A stretch of 64,000 nucleotides of DNA from an uncultured delta proteobacterium (GTDB lineage Bacteria > Desulfobacterota > Desulfomonilia > UBA1062): positions 50,847 through 114,846 of the forward strand of contig CAWCTR010000024.1 of the NCBI GenBank assembly GCA_963798485.1. The letters are read 5' to 3'. The notes below the pieces were generated by a model, which did not search any database, was not told where the DNA came from, and was given only the letters and a program-made list of their open reading frames with translations. Shown here piece by piece: positions 40,437 to 50,358 of this stretch. The translations under genes were made by a program, and so were the position numbers. The first letter of the stretch is position 1. Each line of letters opens with the position of its first letter.

Positions 40437-40928
40437 ATGAAGAATAACGTATTGTTTATAGATGATGAAATCAATGTTCTAAAGTCCATACTGCGAGCTT
40501 TTTCCAACGAGAAGATAAACGTCAGGCTTGCTTCAAATCCACAGGATGCCTTTGATATAATCAGGAATGAAAAAATAGCTGTTGTCGTATCGGATAACAT
40601 GATGCCCGGAATAACGGGCATCGACCTTCTCTCGCAGATAAGGGAACGTTTCCCTGATACCATACGGATAATGATGTCCGGCTACACCGACCCAAATACC
40701 ACTCTGGATGCAATAAACTTCGGTGGTGTCTATAAATTTATTGTAAAACCATGGAATAATGAGGACTTAGTGTCAATCGTGAAGGATGCTTTAGTATGTC
40801 ACAAGCACATCCCTCGGATCCCTGAATCAGAACCCGGCGAGCCTTCCCAACCTCATCCAGATCATGAAAATGATAATAAAGATGGTTACGTATCTGAGTG
40901 GGAGCTCTTTCGAGTCGGTAATAGATAA
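40437..40928 (+). CDS. Single-domain response regulator with an acidic C-terminal tail
   Basis: FIDDE, VSDNMMPG.TG, MSGY, KFIVKPW. Confidence 0.85.
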   Translation: MKNNVLFIDDEINVLKSILRAFSNEKINVRLASNPQDAFDIIRNEKIAVVVSDNMMPGITGIDLLSQIRERFPDTIRIMMSGYTDPNTTLDAINFGGVYKFIVKPWNNEDLVSIVKDALVCHKHIPRIPESEPGEPSQPHPDHENDNKDGYVSEWELFRVGNR

Positions 40929-40999
40929 CGATATCAAGCACTGCTGACAGAGACATTAATTAATTTGAAAAGAACTATACACACTTTCGATTTCATCTT

Positions 41000-41890
41000 T
41001 GACCTCATTATACCAATCCGGCGATCTTTAAAGGAGATTCGTTACAATGGCCTGGTCATTCATGATTGTATCGTTCAGTTTCCGCACCGAAGTGCCCGGA
41101 TTCCTGAGCAACCGGTTCACCTGCAGTGCAACCTGCGGCAAAGTAGGAAGGTTCGGTATCTCATCAAATTGAGATCTTTCGGAAAGAACTCTAACGCCAT
41201 GTGGATACATATACACCCTGTCTGTAAAGACAACTCTCGCGGTACAGTTTTATATCCTGGATAATGGCCCTTCCAAGTTTCAACCTCCTGCCTTGAAGAA
41301 GCCTTCCTGTTCCTCTCTTGGAATCTTGAAACAACACCTCATCTTCTCTCGCATTGTCCGGCCATAACAATACCTTTTCAGACCCGGAGGCTGCTCTCAT
41401 CTTGCCATAATACCCACAGATCGATCCTTGCAGATATTCGGATATACCTGGGTCAAACCTCTGCCCAAGGCCCTTATGGATGTACTCGGGGATGAGCATG
41501 TCGGCATTGTCAATCGGGATTCCCATCATAATCCTGTCGACGAAGTCCGCTATGGCAATAAATGGTATCGGTCTCTTCCTTTGAAAGGTTCATGGCAAGG
41601 GCTATATTATGAGCAATACCTGCGACGTTCCTGGAATGGTTCTTCATCTTCTTATCCCGAAATTCAACAAGCCTCGAGAGTAAATCTACGATCGTCTTCA
41701 AATTGCTCCGCTGTTGACAGTCAAGCGTCGAGAGTGCCTTGCCTTGCCGGGTGAGTTCGATATTCAGCTCTTGGATAATGATCTCGAGCACCTGGCTCCA
41801 TCGTTTCATCTCATCGTTCAGCAGCCGGGCAACAGCGGAAAGCTGTCTATTCTCATCAATAGAAGCGATGCGGCACTTCTTTGCGTCCAT
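41000..41890 (-). pseudogene. Decayed signalling genes: receiver/HD-GYP remnant followed by an HDOD-domain fragment
   Basis: LVEFRD...NHSRNVA..A..IA..MNL (HD-GYP start) broken across frames; IPNLPTLPQVA..V..LL..P..S...L...I..DQ (HDOD start) ends at a stop. Confidence 0.55.
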
Positions 41891-42007
41891 CACCTTTGAT
41901 CCTCTGTATTCGCACTTCAGCATCAGGCAGATTATTGAAACCCGGATATGGCTGTTGCTGTTTATGTCCCATGATGCTATACACTGCCTCCTGAATCGAG
42001 GCCCCCC

Positions 42008-43093
42008 ATGAAGATAGGACTGATAGGACTGAAGAAATCGGGCAAGACCACCATATTCAATGCGCTCACCCGCATGGATATCGCCATAGACCAGTATTCG
42101 TCCGCCAAGGATGAGCCGAATGTGGCCGCGGTCCATGTGGCGGACCCCCGCATCACGCGATTAAGCGATTTATACCGACCCAAAAAGACCACCCATGCAA
42201 CCCTTGAGTGTATCGATTTCGGCGGGTTCCGTAGTGTTGAAGGCAGCGAGAAGAAGGAGGTCTTCTCGGCCTCCGAGCTCGGCCTCATCAAGACCTCCGA
42301 TGCCCTGGCCCTTGTGGTGAGAAACTTCCATGACGAGTACATCGACAACCTTTGGGGTGGGCCTGACCCGCTCTCGGAGATCACCGGCATCATCTCGGAG
42401 CTTATCCTGTCCGACCTCATCCTGGCGGAGACCAGACTCGAGCGGATTGACCACCAGATAAGCAGGGGCCAGAAGAATGCCGCCTTGGAACTGGAGCAGG
42501 GCGCACTCTTGAAGGTAAAGGACTTCCTCGACAAGGGAGACCTCGGTGAGCCCCCCGCCCTTTCTCTGGATGAAGAAAAGGTCCTGCGCGGCTTCCGGTT
42601 CCTCACACTCAAGCCCATGCTCGTCATACTCAACTCGGATGAAGACTCCTTCGGCCGCAATGCCGAACTGCTGGGACGCATCTGGAAGGACTACCGCGGC
42701 ATCGAGTTTGCCGGCAGATTCGAGATGGACCTCTCCCGGCTCGATACCCATGAGGCTGAAGAATTCATGGCCGATATGGGCATCAGCGCCTCTGCCAGGG
42801 ACCGGCTCACCTTGGCGGCTTACGAGCTGCTGGGCTATATCTCGTTCTTCACCGTGGGCGCCGATGAGGTACGTGCCTGGACCATCCGCAGGGGCGACAC
42901 CGCGGTGGATGCCGCCGCTGCAATCCATTCCGACCTGGCCCGTGGGTTCATACGGGCCGAATGCTTCACCTATGACGATATCATGGCCCATGGTTCGGAG
43001 AAAACGCTCAAAGATAAAGGGCTCATCAGACTCGAAGGCAAGACCTACCCGGTCAAGGACGGCGACATCCTCTCCATCAGGTTCAGCGTGTAA
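42008..43093 (+). CDS. YchF/Obg-like ATPase (DUF933 C-terminus), divergent motifs
   Basis: GL..SGKTTIFNALT, FFTVG.DEVRAWTI, IHSDLARGFIRAE, RLEGK.Y.V.DGD. Confidence 0.85.
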   Translation: MKIGLIGLKKSGKTTIFNALTRMDIAIDQYSSAKDEPNVAAVHVADPRITRLSDLYRPKKTTHATLECIDFGGFRSVEGSEKKEVFSASELGLIKTSDALALVVRNFHDEYIDNLWGGPDPLSEITGIISELILSDLILAETRLERIDHQISRGQKNAALELEQGALLKVKDFLDKGDLGEPPALSLDEEKVLRGFRFLTLKPMLVILNSDEDSFGRNAELLGRIWKDYRGIEFAGRFEMDLSRLDTHEAEEFMADMGISASARDRLTLAAYELLGYISFFTVGADEVRAWTIRRGDTAVDAAAAIHSDLARGFIRAECFTYDDIMAHGSEKTLKDKGLIRLEGKTYPVKDGDILSIRFSV

Positions 43094-43124
43094 CAACCAA
43101 AAATCACTTCAAAGGAGCGTACCC

Positions 43125-44810
43125 ATGAGCAATGGGCCGGAAAAGATCATCTATTCCATGATGAGGGTCAGCAAGTCTTACCAGAACAAACCGGTAATAA
43201 AAGACATATCCCTGTCTTATTTTTACGGGGCCAAGATCGGTGTACTTGGCCTGAACGGGTCAGGTAAGAGTACGCTGCTGCGCATCATGGCCGGGGTTGA
43301 CCAGAAATTCGACGGCAAGGCCGTCATCTCTCCGGGATACACCCTGGGGCTCCTTGAACAGGAACCTGTGCTCGAAGGTGATAAGACCGTGAAGGCGGTT
43401 GTCGAAGAAGGCCTGCAGGAGACCGTCAATCTGGTTAAGGAATATAATGCCATCAGCGAGAAATTCTCAGAGCCCATGAGCGATGACGAAATGGACAGGC
43501 TCATGGCCCGCCAGGGTGAACTGGCCGAAAAGATCGATCACGTGAATGCCTGGGATATCGAATCGCGCCTGGACATGGCCATGGATGCCTTACGCTGCCC
43601 CCCTGCCGATACACCCATCCGTGTTTTATCCGGGGGTGAAAAGCGCAGAGTTGCCCTCTGCAGGCTCCTGCTGCAGAAACCCGACATCCTGCTTTTGGAC
43701 GAACCAACCAACCACTTGGATGCCCAGACCGTGGCATGGCTTGAGCATCACCTCCAGCAGTATGAAGGCACGGTCATCGCCGTCACCCATGACCGGTATT
43801 TCCTGGACAACGTTGCCGGTTGGATACTGGAGCTCGACCGGGGATATGGCATCCCCTGGAAGGGCAACTACTCATCCTGGCTCGAGCAGAAGCAGCAGAG
43901 GCTCACCAATGAAGAGAAGCATGAGACAGAGCGGCAGAAGACCCTCCAGCGCGAATTGGAGTGGATCCACATGTCGCCCAAGGGCCGCCATGCAAAGGCG
44001 AAGGCGCGCATCAGTGCCTATGAGAACCTCCTTAACCAGAACTTCGAGAAAGCCGATCGCGAGCTTGAGATCTATATCCCTCCGGGACCACGCCTGGGAA
44101 AGCTCGTCATACAAGCGGAGAATGTTTCAAAGGCTTACGGCGAAAACCTGCTCTTTGAGAATATGAATTTCTCGCTGCCCGCTGGTGGTATTGTGGGCAT
44201 TATCGGTCCCAACGGCGCCGGCAAGACAACACTCTTCAAGATGATAACCGGTAAGGTTCAGCCCGATAGCGGCGCCATCAGGATCGGGGAGACCGTCAGG
44301 CTCGCTTATGTCGACCAGGAGCGCGATACCCTGGACCCCGGCAAGACCATATGGGAAGTGATCTCCGGCGGCCACGACTCGATAGAGCTCGGCAGGCAGG
44401 AGGTGAATTCCAGGGCCTATGTGGCGCGGTTCAACTTCTCGGGAACGGACCAGCAGAAAAAGGTGAACATGATCTCGGGCGGGGAACGCAACCGTGTACA
44501 CCTTGCATGCATGCTCAAGGAAGGGGCTAATGTGCTGCTCTTGGACGAGCCCACCAATGACCTGGACGTAAACACCATGCGCGCCCTTGAGGAGGCCCTG
44601 GAGCACTTCGGCGGCTGTGCGGTCATCATCACCCACGACCGCTGGTTTTTGGACCGCATTGCCACGCATATCCTTGCCTTTGAGGGGGAGAGCACTGTAG
44701 TCTGGTCCGAAGGGAATTACTCTGATTACGAGGCGGACAGGAAGAAGAGGCTCGGCAAGGCAGCCGACCAGCCGCACAGGATCAAGTACCGGCACCTGAC
44801 ACGGGGATGA
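43125..44810 (+). CDS. ettA: Energy-dependent translational throttle ABC-F protein EttA
   Basis: ISLSYFYGAKIGVLGLNGSGKST, LSGGEKRRVAL, second ABC domain, PHRIKYR.L; AAGGAG RBS before 43125. Confidence 0.95.
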   Translation: MSNGPEKIIYSMMRVSKSYQNKPVIKDISLSYFYGAKIGVLGLNGSGKSTLLRIMAGVDQKFDGKAVISPGYTLGLLEQEPVLEGDKTVKAVVEEGLQETVNLVKEYNAISEKFSEPMSDDEMDRLMARQGELAEKIDHVNAWDIESRLDMAMDALRCPPADTPIRVLSGGEKRRVALCRLLLQKPDILLLDEPTNHLDAQTVAWLEHHLQQYEGTVIAVTHDRYFLDNVAGWILELDRGYGIPWKGNYSSWLEQKQQRLTNEEKHETERQKTLQRELEWIHMSPKGRHAKAKARISAYENLLNQNFEKADRELEIYIPPGPRLGKLVIQAENVSKAYGENLLFENMNFSLPAGGIVGIIGPNGAGKTTLFKMITGKVQPDSGAIRIGETVRLAYVDQERDTLDPGKTIWEVISGGHDSIELGRQEVNSRAYVARFNFSGTDQQKKVNMISGGERNRVHLACMLKEGANVLLLDEPTNDLDVNTMRALEEALEHFGGCAVIITHDRWFLDRIATHILAFEGESTVVWSEGNYSDYEADRKKRLGKAADQPHRIKYRHLTRG

Positions 44811-44852
44811 GCCGGTCATTTATGAGATGAATACGAACCGGAGGGAGAATCC

Positions 44853-45428
44853 ATGAAAGTGGTCGCATTTAACGGGAGTGCACGAAGAGACGGAAATACG
44901 GCTATTCTTGTGAAGCATGCGTTTACGGAGCTGGAAAAAAAAGGCATTGAAACGGAACTGGTCCAACTGGCCCGCAAAGACATCCGCGGCTGCATAGTCT
45001 GCTACAAGTGCTTTACCAACCAGGACAAGCAATGCTCGGTAAAGAATGACGCGGTAAATGAATGCATCAGCAAGATGCTCGATGCCGATGGGATCATCCT
45101 GGCCTCCCCCACCTACTTCACCGATGTCACAACCGAGATGAAGGCGCTGATCGACAGGGCCGGCATGGTGGCAAAGGCAAACAGCGACATGTTCAAACGC
45201 AAGGTGGGGGCCGCTGTTGTAGCAGCCAGGAGGGGCGGCGCCATCCATACCTTCGACACGCTCAACCACTTCTTCTTTATCAGCCAGATGGTCGTGCCCG
45301 GCTCGAACTACTGGAACGTGGGTATCGGCATGGAACCGGGCGATGTGGAAAAGGACGTAGAAGGGATTACCACCATGAAGACCCTGGGTGAGAACATGGC
45401 ATGGCTTCTGAAAAAGATCCGTTCATAA
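44853..45428 (+). CDS. Iron-sulfur flavoprotein / NADPH-dependent FMN reductase (paralog of 16345-16911)
   Basis: NGSARRDGNT, C..C..C.....C, SPTYF, RRGGA, GSNYWN. Confidence 0.88.
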   Translation: MKVVAFNGSARRDGNTAILVKHAFTELEKKGIETELVQLARKDIRGCIVCYKCFTNQDKQCSVKNDAVNECISKMLDADGIILASPTYFTDVTTEMKALIDRAGMVAKANSDMFKRKVGAAVVAARRGGAIHTFDTLNHFFFISQMVVPGSNYWNVGIGMEPGDVEKDVEGITTMKTLGENMAWLLKKIRS

Positions 45429-45457
45429 GGGGTAAGACTTTCGGGAAAGGGAAACCC

Positions 45458-45790
45458 ATGTCGGCACAGCGTGAACGGCAACTGAGAGAGAAGCTTACAG
45501 GAGAGCTCGGCGTAGCGACGTGGAAAGGACTGATCCCGGAGATGCTTACCAAATCGCTCTTCTACGTATCTCCTGATCTCGACCTTGTAGAGGTGGGGGT
45601 ACAGGTGGCCCTGGACCACACCGGCGAGGTAAAAAATTGGCTGGAGACCGGGGCCCTTACAAGACCTACCCCTGAGCAGATTACCGCATGGGAGACCTTC
45701 GGCTCCCTCTTCCAGTTCATTATTCTCACGCCTTATGTCTTTTTCCAGGATTACACGGTTGATCTCATGCATGGTCCTCTCTGCGGCTGA
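45458..45790 (+). CDS. DUF2288-like small protein
   Basis: W..L......LF.V...LDLV.V....A.D....V..WL..G.L..P, I..PYV..Q. Confidence 0.6.
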   Translation: MSAQRERQLREKLTGELGVATWKGLIPEMLTKSLFYVSPDLDLVEVGVQVALDHTGEVKNWLETGALTRPTPEQITAWETFGSLFQFIILTPYVFFQDYTVDLMHGPLCG

Positions 45791-47357
45791 AAAAGGTCCA
45801 ATCGAGGTCCGGCCAAGGGCAATCAATGTCTTCGATGTGGCGCAGCTGTTCTTCAGAGAGCCGGCTGTGGTCGGATAGGTCCTTTGCAGCCCAGATGAGT
45901 TTCAGGAATCGCTGATGGTGGTGGTGGAACCGCTGGTTGGCATATTCCTTGGCCTGCTTGGTAAAAAGGAGGAAGGGCCAGTCGCTGCCCTGCATGAGCA
46001 GGAGCTCTCTGGCCATCTGCCTCAGGATGCGGCGAGAGCGCTCGTCTTGCGGCTGCACCCGGGCTATGACCTGCTCCGCTTCGAGGGAGCTTGAGTTGAT
46101 AGAGGGCCAGATCCATCCGTGCTCGGGGTTCTGCCAGACCGTGAAGTCAGCGTTCAAACCCCATGTGCTCGGCTTCATGCTGATAAGGGAAAACCCATCC
46201 CGGTGCTTATCGAGATATTCCCCCAGGCTTCTGCAGGAAACAGTGTCTTCCTTTGCCAGCAGCCGGTAAACGTGCTCAATCCAGTTAACGCCTTCATGCC
46301 ACCAGTGACCGAACAGCTCGCAGTCATATGGGGAAACGATTATGGGCTCTGCATCGGAAATGGCGGTCTTTTCCAGAAGACGACCGATGAGGTCGGTAAA
46401 ATGCCGTGCATGGTTTTTTATACGTTCACCGGCCTTCTGTGGATCATAAACCTGTTTACCGGGCTGCCCTGTGACCCGCCAGTAATGCAATCCCGACTCG
46501 GAATCCTTGCGGTGGAATTCGAGGTAGTACGGGTCGCCGGGGTAACCCCGATCAGGCGACCAAACCTGTTTTCCCGTTTCCACATTACGGCCGAACACCG
46601 AAACCCCTGATGCCAGCCGGTAGCCGCGATACGTGGTAGCGGCGGCTTCCTGGTGCCGGTTTTCCATAAAGGAAGCATTGGTTATGCCGACATTCTCCAC
46701 AAAGAAATACTCGATTCCTTCGGAGCCTAGCCATTCATCGATGGCGCCATGCATGCACTGATCCTTTTTGGACCACGTCTCAGGCCTGTAGGCGCATTCG
46801 GGTAGCCAGAACCCGCGCGGGGACCGGCCGAAATACCGTTTGTATGTTTCTATTCCGATGCGTATTTGGGCCCATACCATGCTGTCGCATTCCATGAGCG
46901 GCAGGAATCCATGGGTGGCTGCCGAGGTCAGGACCTCAATGGCTCCCTCGTCCTGGAGCCATTTCAAGGTGCAAAGGATATCCCGGTAGAAATCATCCGT
47001 GTAGGCCTTGTAATTACTCTCAAAGAGATCCAGCCAATACCTTGCAACCAAGCACATGGCAGGATCCGCCTGGAAGCGCGCTATGTCGTTACGGGCGCGG
47101 TTGATCTTGTCTTCCATATAGGCACAGAAGCGGCCTTTCATGTACTCATCAGAGAGCTGCTCCATGAGTATCGGGACTATGCCGATCATTATCCTTGGAC
47201 GGATCCCGTCGAAATGAAGAGAGCGCACGGCCCTTAAGAGCGGGATGTACGTCTCGTTCATGGCCTCAAAGAGCCACTCCTCACCCGCCGGCCAGACCCC
47301 TGATTTCCGGCAGTAAGGGATGTGGCTGTGCAACATCATGGCAAAGACACCCGGCAT
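45765..47357 (-). CDS. GH57 family 1,4-alpha-glucan branching enzyme
   Basis: LHSH.PY, EEWLFEA..ETY.PL, ATHGFLPL, FWLPECAY, PYDCELFGHWW.EG, ELLL.Q.SDWPF. Confidence 0.9.
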   Translation of the reverse strand: MPGVFAMMLHSHIPYCRKSGVWPAGEEWLFEAMNETYIPLLRAVRSLHFDGIRPRIMIGIVPILMEQLSDEYMKGRFCAYMEDKINRARNDIARFQADPAMCLVARYWLDLFESNYKAYTDDFYRDILCTLKWLQDEGAIEVLTSAATHGFLPLMECDSMVWAQIRIGIETYKRYFGRSPRGFWLPECAYRPETWSKKDQCMHGAIDEWLGSEGIEYFFVENVGITNASFMENRHQEAAATTYRGYRLASGVSVFGRNVETGKQVWSPDRGYPGDPYYLEFHRKDSESGLHYWRVTGQPGKQVYDPQKAGERIKNHARHFTDLIGRLLEKTAISDAEPIIVSPYDCELFGHWWHEGVNWIEHVYRLLAKEDTVSCRSLGEYLDKHRDGFSLISMKPSTWGLNADFTVWQNPEHGWIWPSINSSSLEAEQVIARVQPQDERSRRILRQMARELLLMQGSDWPFLLFTKQAKEYANQRFHHHHQRFLKLIWAAKDLSDHSRLSEEQLRHIEDIDCPWPDLDWTFFSRREDHA

Positions 47358-47534
47358 CTCTCTCTCCTGCTTGAATGGATAGGATACCTTATAGCCTTCT
47401 TGATCAATTCCAGCCAGGATGAACTCTGCTTCAATTTCTACAAACTAACCCCGGACTAACGATAAAGGGTATTGCATTTGTCGGGGGAATAGAGATATTT
47501 TTCATAATCAATCTGAGAAAAGGCGGGTTGGAAT

Positions 47535-48287
47535 GTGTTTTTACTCAAGAAGATAATGAGTGGTTTCCTCATGCCGCTGTCAATCTTTCTCGGCCTCTTC
47601 CTCCTGGGATTGGTAATGCTCCGGACCAATCGAGGCCGGCTTATAGCAAAAAAAGTACTCACTTTTACCTTTCTCTTCTTCGTGTTTCTTACTTATGGCG
47701 CCCTGTCCTATTGGCCTCTTCAAAAGCTGGAGAACATCTATCCGCCGATTGATATCAAATCGGTAAGACCGAATAACATCAAATGGGTTGTGGTGCTCGC
47801 AGGGATACCTGAAGAGACATGCGTACGTCTCACCGAAGGTATCCGAATATACAGACAGCTTCCCGGGGCGAAACTCTTTATGTCCGGGGGTAAGATGTTC
47901 ACTTCATCCCCTGAGCCGTCCTCATCGATAATGGCCCGGATTGCAACCGGTCTGGGCGTCAACCCTCAAGATATTGTTCAGGAGAATATTTCAAGAGACA
48001 CCAAGGACGAGGCGAGGATCATCAGGTCAATGATCCATGAGACACCCTTTGTCCTGGTAACCTCTGCCTATCACATGCCTCGGTCAATGGCGCTTTTCAA
48101 AGCACAAGGCATGCACCCCATACCGGCACCCACAGGGTACCACATACTTTCTGAAGAAAGGTATCTCCGCCCAAACTGGTTCTTTCCGAACGCATACAAT
48201 ATCATGGATGCCGAGATTGTCCTTCACGAAGTCCTCGGTATCATCAGTGCCTGGGCTATGGGGCAACTGGAGGTGAGCAAGCCATGA
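47535..48287 (+). CDS. YdcF/ElyC (DUF218) family envelope protein
   Basis: N-terminal TMs, RL.EGI, SGG, SRDT..EA, LVTSAYHMPRS, HE.LG; GTG start. Confidence 0.88.
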   Translation: MFLLKKIMSGFLMPLSIFLGLFLLGLVMLRTNRGRLIAKKVLTFTFLFFVFLTYGALSYWPLQKLENIYPPIDIKSVRPNNIKWVVVLAGIPEETCVRLTEGIRIYRQLPGAKLFMSGGKMFTSSPEPSSSIMARIATGLGVNPQDIVQENISRDTKDEARIIRSMIHETPFVLVTSAYHMPRSMALFKAQGMHPIPAPTGYHILSEERYLRPNWFFPNAYNIMDAEIVLHEVLGIISAWAMGQLEVSKP

Positions 48288-48640
48288 AACCACATCCATG
48301 TCTGACCTGCGGGGCGTGCTGTGCGTACTTCAGGGCCTCTTTCTACTGGGCCGAGGCGGATGACGCAACCCCGGGGGGTGTCCCGGTAGAGATGACCAGG
48401 AAGCTCAATGAGGTCCGCAGGTCGATGATAGGCATGGATGGCACTAAACCGAGGTGTATCGCCTTACAAGGAGAGATCGGAAAAGAGGTTTTCTGCTCCA
48501 TACATGAGAGGCGCTCCTCAGTATGCCGTGCCTTTGAACCGTCATGGGAGAGCGGCAGCCATAACGAACGGTGCGACAAGGCCAGACTGGCATGGGGACT
48601 CGAACCACTTAAGGCACGTGCCTGGGATGGGTCTCAGTAG
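48284..48640 (+). CDS. YkgJ family cysteine-cluster protein
   Basis: PCLTCGACC..FR.SFYW.E, RCIAL.G, CSI.E.R.SVCR.F, CDKAR. Confidence 0.88.
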   Translation: MKPHPCLTCGACCAYFRASFYWAEADDATPGGVPVEMTRKLNEVRRSMIGMDGTKPRCIALQGEIGKEVFCSIHERRSSVCRAFEPSWESGSHNERCDKARLAWGLEPLKARAWDGSQ

Positions 48641-48758
48641 TGTCGGATGATGTGATTAACTGCTGATTAAAACCCGAATATCCTTGGATGAATACCCTTG
48701 TTATGATCCTGGATTTGTCTCTATTTCAACGGATAAGAGACAGCTCCTTCATTATTGG

Positions 48759-49709
48759 TCACTGCCCGGCCTCCGGTCCCAGCAATTTTACGAAGGCCTC
48801 AAAGATCTCAGGGTCGATCCCATGGGATACGTCCTGGTACATAGCCTGCAAGGCCTCAAAAGGAGCCAGGGGTTTGCGGTAGGGCCGCTGCGCGGTCAGG
48901 GCCTCAAATGCATCTGCAATACTGCAGATCCTGGCATATAGGGGTATGTCATCCCGTCTTTTCTTATGTGGATAACCGCTGCCGTCCAAGTGCTCATGGT
49001 GCGAAAGTATTATGTTAATAGCCTCCAGGCTCAATGAGCCTGTGGTTATGAGCCTTCTTTGGCCCCAGATGGGATGCATCTGGATCAGCCGCCATTCGAA
49101 CTCATCGAGATGATCCGGCTTATTCAGTATCTTCATGGGTACACCGGCCATACCGATATCATGCAGAAAAAACCCCGTGCTGATCGTTCTGATCTGTGCC
49201 CGGGTGAGTCTATCGCCCATGAGTTTGAGCAGAAGGGCGGTTGCATAGATACCCACTCGGAGCGAGTGATGATACGTGGAGCCTTCAGAGGTATTCATTT
49301 GGTGGAGATGCCCGAGCACTTCCTCATCCGAGAGGATAAGCTTCACCTGCTCGTCTGCATCTTTCCTAATATCCATAATACTGCGCGGGATAAAGCCATC
49401 ATACGCATCTTTGATGGACTGCATGGCCATGGAATACATAAAATCAGCCTTCTGCCTCCCATCAAGCCTTGGGTCCGTAGGCTCATGCGTCACATCTTTT
49501 TCAAACACACTTCTTGCCAGCTCCCACTCCCCTTCCCTCACAAAGAGCCTCGTCTCACTCCGGCTCATCATGCTCAAGTGTATTCTGGTAAGAACAATAC
49601 CCTTGACTGCAAAAAGGCGGTACGTGTCCTGCAACTTCATTAAGATATCAAAATCATACACATGGCCTGCATGCACCATGGATATAGGTATTTCCCTGAA
49701 GTCCTCCAT
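48759..49709 (-). CDS. HD-GYP domain phosphodiesterase
   Basis: YHHSLRV, LHDIG, HHEHLDGSGYP, IADAFEALT..RPYR. Confidence 0.9.
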   Translation of the reverse strand: MEDFREIPISMVHAGHVYDFDILMKLQDTYRLFAVKGIVLTRIHLSMMSRSETRLFVREGEWELARSVFEKDVTHEPTDPRLDGRQKADFMYSMAMQSIKDAYDGFIPRSIMDIRKDADEQVKLILSDEEVLGHLHQMNTSEGSTYHHSLRVGIYATALLLKLMGDRLTRAQIRTISTGFFLHDIGMAGVPMKILNKPDHLDEFEWRLIQMHPIWGQRRLITTGSLSLEAINIILSHHEHLDGSGYPHKKRRDDIPLYARICSIADAFEALTAQRPYRKPLAPFEALQAMYQDVSHGIDPEIFEAFVKLLGPEAGQ

Positions 49710-49712
49710 GCG

Positions 49713-50264
49713 TTATAGATCGTCAAATCCATTGAGATCCTTAATCAGTGGCAGGACTTTGTCTTTATCTGAGAGAAGCGGTGATTTTGTGGGCCAGGAT
49801 ATGGCCAGGTCGGGATCATCCCATCGAATTCCACCCTCGGAGGCGGGGGCATAAAACGCATCAACCTTATAAAAGACCCTTGTGTCCGGCTCCAGGGTGC
49901 AAAAGCCGTGGGCAAACCCCCTGGGTACGAAGAGCATGCGGGGCTTATCTGCAGAAAGCTCAAAGGCGGCCCACTTCAGATAGGTCGGTGACCCTTCACA
50001 CAAGTCCACTATCACGTCATATACCTTTCCGGTGAGCACCCATACGAATTTTGCCTGGGCATGGGGAGGTCTTTGGAAATGAAGCCCCCTGATTACCCCT
50101 GCGCTTACTGAATGGGAACAATTATCCTGCACAAACTCAAGTGTAAGCCCTTTGGCGGCAAAGGCCCCGGAGCTGTATATCTCCAGGAAAGACCCCCTTG
50201 GGTCCTGATAAAGGGTCTGTTCTACAATGTATGCCCCATGGAGGGGGGTCTCTCTTAGTTGCAT
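49713..50264 (-). CDS. rfbC: dTDP-4-dehydrorhamnose 3,5-epimerase
   Basis: D.RG.F.E, FVQDN.S.S, RGLHFQ, VPRGFAHGF, WDDPDL.I.WP, LS.KD. Confidence 0.95.
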   Translation of the reverse strand: MQLRETPLHGAYIVEQTLYQDPRGSFLEIYSSGAFAAKGLTLEFVQDNCSHSVSAGVIRGLHFQRPPHAQAKFVWVLTGKVYDVIVDLCEGSPTYLKWAAFELSADKPRMLFVPRGFAHGFCTLEPDTRVFYKVDAFYAPASEGGIRWDDPDLAISWPTKSPLLSDKDKVLPLIKDLNGFDDL

Positions 50265-50358
50265 GGACTATAATTCCTTAACGCCCTTTTTACCTGAAAG
50301 ACTGTGTTGAAATCAAGAGGTACCGCGGAAGGTCTCAAGAGGGGGTCTCCTGCCCTCT

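Noticed and set aside
42546-43124. 193-aa N-terminal extension of EttA in the ORF track
   Set aside because: It is an off-frame overlap with the ychF-like gene; an RBS and the conserved EttA start are at 43125.
16345-45428. Recent segmental duplication of the two iron-sulfur flavoprotein genes
   Set aside because: The proteins are similar but clearly diverged and their flanks are unrelated; multi-copy Isf genes are common in anaerobes.
29014-47237. Long antisense ORFs (e.g. 29014-30018, 34942-35718, 42170-43096, 44127-44819)
   Set aside because: Shadow frames of GC-rich genes with clear family motifs on the other strand.
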